64,000 nucleotides of DNA from Methanothrix sp. (GTDB lineage: Archaea; Halobacteriota; Methanosarcinia; Methanotrichales; Methanotrichaceae), in contig OY821645.1 of the NCBI GenBank assembly GCA_963682135.1, positions 1,760,001-1,824,000 on the forward strand, given 5' to 3'. A model generated the notes under the pieces. The model saw only the letters and a list, made by a program, of their open reading frames with translations. It was not told the origin of the DNA and searched no databases. Shown one piece after another: positions 59,503-64,000 of this stretch; the stretch's first letter is position 1; each line of letters starts with the position of its first letter. Position numbers and translations under genes: made by a program.

Positions 59503-60309
59503 CTAAGCGAATAAGAGACTAATATCTTTCAATACGCCCTTTACGGCCTCAATATTCTGCTTTTTGGGGTTAGCTTTCATTTCAATGGATACGTACTCTA
59601 GATAATTGCGTTCACTTAAGCTGTTTATAAGATCCTTATAAATGCATCTGCTCCGATCAATAAGGTTTAAAAAAGGTTCGCTGATGTGAACATGTCCAAT
59701 ATAATCCCACCCATCGTCCAAGATCTCTTTATAGTCCTCATTATTCGCAATTATCGTTCCCGTATCAATATTTACCTTTAATCCTTTATTATCTACTTCT
59801 CTTACAAAACTAATTGCATCTCTGGTGTTGCACAAGAAGTTAGTCCCATATTCAGAAGGATTGGGCTCCATGCAGAATACAGATCCTTTTCTCGTGCAAT
59901 ATCTTCCGATTTTATCAAAAAATTCTTTTGCGTCGCCCATATAATCATAATCAGCAGGAATTATCCTATTTTTAGGAGAACCAAAAACTAGCGCCTTTAC
60001 ACCTAATTCCGCACCAATGTCGGCACATAATTGAAGGTGACCTAGGGTTTTTTCTCTTGAAATTGAATCAAAAAATAGTCTCATTTCAGAATGGCCATAG
60101 AGCAAAGATTGCATTGCGACTATATCTATATGTTTATTATTCCAGAATGATTTATAGTCGCGTAATTCATTAGCACTAATTCGAGTTATATCAGAAGAGA
60201 TCTTGCTGGGAGCAATCTCAGCTCCACCGACTCCTAATTCTTGCATTATGCAGGAAATCTCATGCTCTTCTTCCGCCTCCCAGGCAATGTTTGAAATTGC
60301 TAGCTTCAT
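59503..60309 (-). CDS. Sugar-phosphate isomerase/epimerase (xylose-isomerase-like TIM barrel)
   Basis: AISNIAW, VFGSPKNR, MEPNP, IDTG, HVHISEP and SIEM metal ligands. Confidence 0.85.
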   Translation of the reverse strand: MKLAISNIAWEAEEEHEISCIMQELGVGGAEIAPSKISSDITRISANELRDYKSFWNNKHIDIVAMQSLLYGHSEMRLFFDSISREKTLGHLQLCADIGAELGVKALVFGSPKNRIIPADYDYMGDAKEFFDKIGRYCTRKGSVFCMEPNPSEYGTNFLCNTRDAISFVREVDNKGLKVNIDTGTIIANNEDYKEILDDGWDYIGHVHISEPFLNLIDRSRCIYKDLINSLSERNYLEYVSIEMKANPKKQNIEAVKGVLKDISLLFA

Positions 60310-61118
60310 AAAAGCTCCTTTTTCCCATAATTCTTTATTTCATTAATTATCATTTGTTTGTTATACATGTATCCATCATGTGAATTAAAGATATCACTGT
60401 ATTTAGTTTTGATATTATATTTAATTGGGTCTTTTTCCGTAATGTTATTAAAATTAATGCCAAAGCACTCTCTTGCCAGCTCATTAGCACTTATCGGTTC
60501 GGAAGTTATATTAATAGTCATAATATTGTTTTCATGGGCGATTGTGATATCATTCCACAGATGATCCAGACTATAGAATTGGAATTCGCTATCTTTATGG
60601 GTCCAGTTAAGACAATTGCTATGAATCAGATCGAATATGAAATTTTTTTTGAGCCCTGCCCCAAATAAGGCAGGCAATCGAATTATCAAATGATTTTTAA
60701 AATGTCCTCTAACAAATTCCTCTAAATGATATCTGTTCTTGCCATAAGGATGCAAGCCATCCAATTCTATTGGAGTATCTTCATTAACATTGCACACATT
60801 CCTGTAAACGTCGACAGTTGAGACATAAACAAAATACTTGGTATTAATGTCGGCTATCGAGTTTATTAAATTATTAATTTGATTCAAATCCCATTCCGGA
60901 TTTAAATTTGCTTTCCATTTCTCTGCCCCAGGCGCGGCACAAATGACCAAATCAAAAACTTTGCCCGAAGATTCATAAATATTTGATTTATTATACATGT
61001 TGTTAAAATGCATTTGATTTAATATATTAGATCCGATAAAACCAGTATACCCTATTAATGCTGATTTCTTATTGACGGACCCAGATGCATTACCCTGAAG
61101 ACTATTCGAATGAGTCAT
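60306..61118 (-). CDS. NAD-dependent epimerase/reductase (SDR-like)
   Basis: ALIGYTGFIGSN, STVDVY, YGKNR and RLPALFG motifs. Confidence 0.82.
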   Translation of the reverse strand: MTHSNSLQGNASGSVNKKSALIGYTGFIGSNILNQMHFNNMYNKSNIYESSGKVFDLVICAAPGAEKWKANLNPEWDLNQINNLINSIADINTKYFVYVSTVDVYRNVCNVNEDTPIELDGLHPYGKNRYHLEEFVRGHFKNHLIIRLPALFGAGLKKNFIFDLIHSNCLNWTHKDSEFQFYSLDHLWNDITIAHENNIMTINITSEPISANELARECFGINFNNITEKDPIKYNIKTKYSDIFNSHDGYMYNKQMIINEIKNYGKKELL

Positions 61119-61855
61119 AATACGCCCTTATTAGTTAAATAATAGTAATTTGCTCGCATCAAATCCTGTGGAGTCCCTACATCGATATGAATTCCAAGAA
61201 ATTTATAATAAAACACATCTTTCCCTTCGTTGATCAATATCTTTATAGAATCCGTGAGCTGCAGCTCTCCATTGAATCCGGCGCTTGTTTTTCTTATGGC
61301 TTCGAATATGCACTCGTTGAAGACATAAGCACCCATTGCACCAATTTTGCTTGGCGCAGTCTCAGGTGATGGCTTTTCGACCATATCCATGATCCTTTGG
61401 CCATTCATCCGAATTATTCCATATCTAGTTACATCTTCTACATCGACTGCACCCAGGGTAACATCTGCGTTATTCTTTGAATGACTAGTAACAAGATCAG
61501 AAATCAATGATTTAGGCGAAAAAAAGTTGTCACCAAGAACAACGATAAAAGGCCCATTAATTACATGCTCGCCAGCAAGAACTGCATCGGCTAGTCCTAG
61601 CCGGTGATCTTGAACAACATAGGTAAACTTCACACCAAAACGCTTTCCTGAGCCCAGATAATCAGATAATCCATGCTTATTAGGACTGACCACAATGGTT
61701 ATTTCTTCGATCCCTGCTAAGCTCATTGCTTCTACAACATGCTCAATAACTGCCTTATCACCCACAGGCAGCAATTCTTTAGGGATGGCTCTGGTAAATG
61801 GACCTAATCTCGTCCCGAGGCCGGCAGCCGGAATTAATCCGCATTTCACGTCCAT
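61115..61855 (-). CDS. Sugar-1-phosphate nucleotidyltransferase (RmlA/GalU-like)
   Basis: PAAGLGTRL, PKELLPV, LGDN, VEKP and GELQLTD motifs. Confidence 0.9.
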   Translation of the reverse strand: MDVKCGLIPAAGLGTRLGPFTRAIPKELLPVGDKAVIEHVVEAMSLAGIEEITIVVSPNKHGLSDYLGSGKRFGVKFTYVVQDHRLGLADAVLAGEHVINGPFIVVLGDNFFSPKSLISDLVTSHSKNNADVTLGAVDVEDVTRYGIIRMNGQRIMDMVEKPSPETAPSKIGAMGAYVFNECIFEAIRKTSAGFNGELQLTDSIKILINEGKDVFYYKFLGIHIDVGTPQDLMRANYYYLTNKGVL

Positions 61856-61920
61856 CTATTGCGCATCTCTTTCCACCTAATTCAAGCTTTCGGATAAAAA
61901 TATTCTCTGTGTAGTCCCTA

Positions 61921-62272
61921 ATGTCAGGATTCTTAAAAGATATAAAGATCTCAAATACTGAATACAAAGCAATTGTGGCTATCATAGATAATTTCTCATC
62001 TCATAAGAGCAAGCTCGTAAAGCAAACGGCTGAGGACCTTGATATATATTTCGTGTTTCTCCCACCGTATTCTCCTGACTTGAACCCGATTGAGTTCATT
62101 TGAAAATCTATAAAACGAGTATTATCGATATCGTTTGTATCAGATCAGGATGAGATGAGACATATCATCAAGGAATCATATTACAGGTTTGCAAAATTTA
62201 AGAGCCATGCGGATTATCGGATTGACAAATTTAAAATAATAATAATTATAAATACTTATACAAATGACTATA
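61921..62272 (+). pseudogene. IS630-family transposase 3' remnant
   Basis: IIDNFSSHK and LPPYSPDLNPIE; Trp codon changed to TGA at 62101; probable TA-ended terminus near 62272. Confidence 0.8.
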
Positions 62273-62340
62273 ATAGCCTTGCTCGATGAGAGCATGTACT
62301 TATGCAACAATCCAATGAACCCTTGTAGTGATTCGAAAGA

Positions 62341-62682
62341 TGGATATAGGAGATTGCGGATTTTTGAGAATGGAAAATTATGAACACACGAGTTACAGGC
62401 GGCGCAGGATTTATCATCTCCAATCTGGTAGAGGAAGGCGCGAATGTCTTTGGCCTGCTGCGCCGCCGGGCAGATGGCAAAGTGCCGCATAACATGTTGC
62501 GTCTGGGCCTGGGAAAAGAAGTTCGCCTGGTGGAAGGCGGCCTGGAGAGCATATCGAGCATAGGAAGCGCCATCACCGCCCGCGAGCCGGATATTATTTT
62601 CCATCTGGCTGCCCAATCGTTTGTGCCTCGATCTTTCCAGGATCCCAATGAGACCATGTTCTGCAACTGCTGGGGATCATAA
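62341..62682 (+). pseudogene. Chimeric epimerase-gmd remnant
   Basis: Matches 26773-26866 (epimerase 5'), then 27802-28055 (gmd), then jumps to the gmd 3' end. Confidence 0.85.
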
Positions 62683-63761
62683 TGAAAGTAGCCATCTTCC
62701 TGGACTACATCGGAGCTATTGGTGGAGGCGAACGGGTGGCTCTGATGCTGGCCCGCGCTCTCTGTGCAGATATCATAACCACTGATGTCAGCCTGGAAGC
62801 CGTGCAAAAGCTGGGATACGAGGACGTCCGGATAAGAAGTCTTGGCAAGACTGTGAAGCTGCCGCCCTTCAAGCAGATCTCAGCTTCGCTTCTATTTGCA
62901 GCATGCGACTTTTCCCAGGAATACGATTTCTTCATATTTTCGGGAAATTGGTCGCATTACGCAGCGCGAAAACATCATCCCAACCTGTGGTACTGCTACA
63001 CGCCGGTGAGGGCCTTTTACGATCTGAGGGATGTCATGATCGCCAGGCAGCCCAATGCAGCCATGAGAATTCTGGCAGCTTCGTGGATAAGAGCGCATAG
63101 CTGGTTTGATCAGCGCTCGGTGCAAAATCTGGACCAGGTGGTCGCAATCAGCGAGACTGTGCAGCGACGCATTAAGGATTTTCACGGCATATCCTCACGG
63201 ATAATCTATCCGCCTGTGGATACCAGGAGGTTCCAATTCAAGGAGTACGGCGACTTCTGGCTTTCGGTGAACAGGATCTATCCGGAGAAGAGGATTGATC
63301 TGCAGTTTGAGGTCTTTAGAAATCTGCCGGAGGAGAGACTGGTAGTTATCGGCGGATATGCACAGGGAGATCATGCTGCCAGATACTATGAAACGCTGGC
63401 CGGGAAAATTCCCGGCAATGTCGAAATGCGCGGCGCAGTCTCCGAAGAGGAGTTGATGCGGCTGTACGCCGAATGCAGGGGATTGATATGCACTGCAGTG
63501 GACGAGGACTTCGGACTGACACCCCTGGAGGCCATGGCCAGCGGAAAGCCGGTGGTAGCGGTGAATGAGGGCGGTTTTAGGGAGACGGTGGTGCACGGCA
63601 AGACGGGAATGCTGGTGGAAGCGAACCGGGATGCGCTGGTGAGGGCGATAAAGGAGATCTCCAGAGATCCGCAGCAGTACAGGGACGCATGCGAGAAGCG
63701 TGCTGCAGAGTTCGACACGTCGATATTCCTGGAAAAGATGAAGAAAATAATGCAGACTTAA
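62682..63761 (+). CDS. GT4 glycosyltransferase
   Basis: GGGER, NRIYPEKR and EDFGLTPLEAMASGKPV motifs. Confidence 0.92.
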   Translation: MKVAIFLDYIGAIGGGERVALMLARALCADIITTDVSLEAVQKLGYEDVRIRSLGKTVKLPPFKQISASLLFAACDFSQEYDFFIFSGNWSHYAARKHHPNLWYCYTPVRAFYDLRDVMIARQPNAAMRILAASWIRAHSWFDQRSVQNLDQVVAISETVQRRIKDFHGISSRIIYPPVDTRRFQFKEYGDFWLSVNRIYPEKRIDLQFEVFRNLPEERLVVIGGYAQGDHAARYYETLAGKIPGNVEMRGAVSEEELMRLYAECRGLICTAVDEDFGLTPLEAMASGKPVVAVNEGGFRETVVHGKTGMLVEANRDALVRAIKEISRDPQQYRDACEKRAAEFDTSIFLEKMKKIMQT

Positions 63762-63806
63762 TGCCTACTACAACACACATATTAATGTTTTTGATTGTAA
63801 AGATAT

Positions 63807-64000
63807 TTACATGCCGATTCTCGCTTTGATACGCGAAATATCCACCTCAATCTTGCCCAATTTCTCATCTAGATAGGACTTCAGGTCGGAATGGGAATCT
63901 CTGAAATCCACTGCATTCCTCTCCCTTGAATTCCTTAGTTCAGAGACGAGGGATTCTGAAGATGTTCGTATTTCATCAACAATATCAAGCCGAACATTCT
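63807..64000 (-). CDS. C-terminal coiled-coil end of a probable acylphosphatase-like paralog, runs off right edge
   Basis: Manual translation ...LKSYLDEKLGKIEVDISRIKARIGM*, resembling the 6976-7512 tail DVRAIKERLGMQ. Confidence 0.55.
   Translation of the reverse strand, partial: NVRLDIVDEIRTSSESLVSELRNSRERNAVDFRDSHSDLKSYLDEKLGKIEVDISRIKARIGM

Noticed and set aside
29220-62340. Island as a provirus or integrative element
   Set aside because: No integrase, att-tRNA, replication or structural genes seen

Overview
Archaeal chromosomal DNA, most consistent with a Methanothrix (Methanosaeta)-like methanogen (inferred from gene content, TrmB/TATA-type promoters and IS families). About 1-23.7 kb is core-like: GntP and SSS transporters, a Trm5/Taw2-type methyltransferase, an IMPase-like gene plus NAD kinase, an ABC exporter with divergent TrmB, two divergent DUF1646 transporters, a C1A protease, a SelB-like factor and trpD-F-E-G-C. 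A small islet follows (HicB, HicB-HicA, and an ERCC4/HhH nuclease-like gene). About 25.6-63.8 kb is a surface-glycosylation region. Its inner ~33 kb (29.2-62.3 kb) is bracketed by two reciprocally decayed copies of an epimerase-gmd-GT4 block. Inside lie three large GT-C-like membrane proteins and a bacterial-style UppP/GPT/Wzz/Wzx/Wzy module. There is also a putative lipid-linked sugar modification module (NTP-transferase, epimerase, TIM-barrel isomerase, two GT2s, an EamA pair, an FAD oxidoreductase and a GT-C), split by an S8 protease. Two proteins carry 5x GDWNGDG repeats. IS481, IS256, IS1, IS630 and IS1634/DUF1670-like elements are present, some nested. No rRNA, tRNA, CRISPR array or integrase was recognised.
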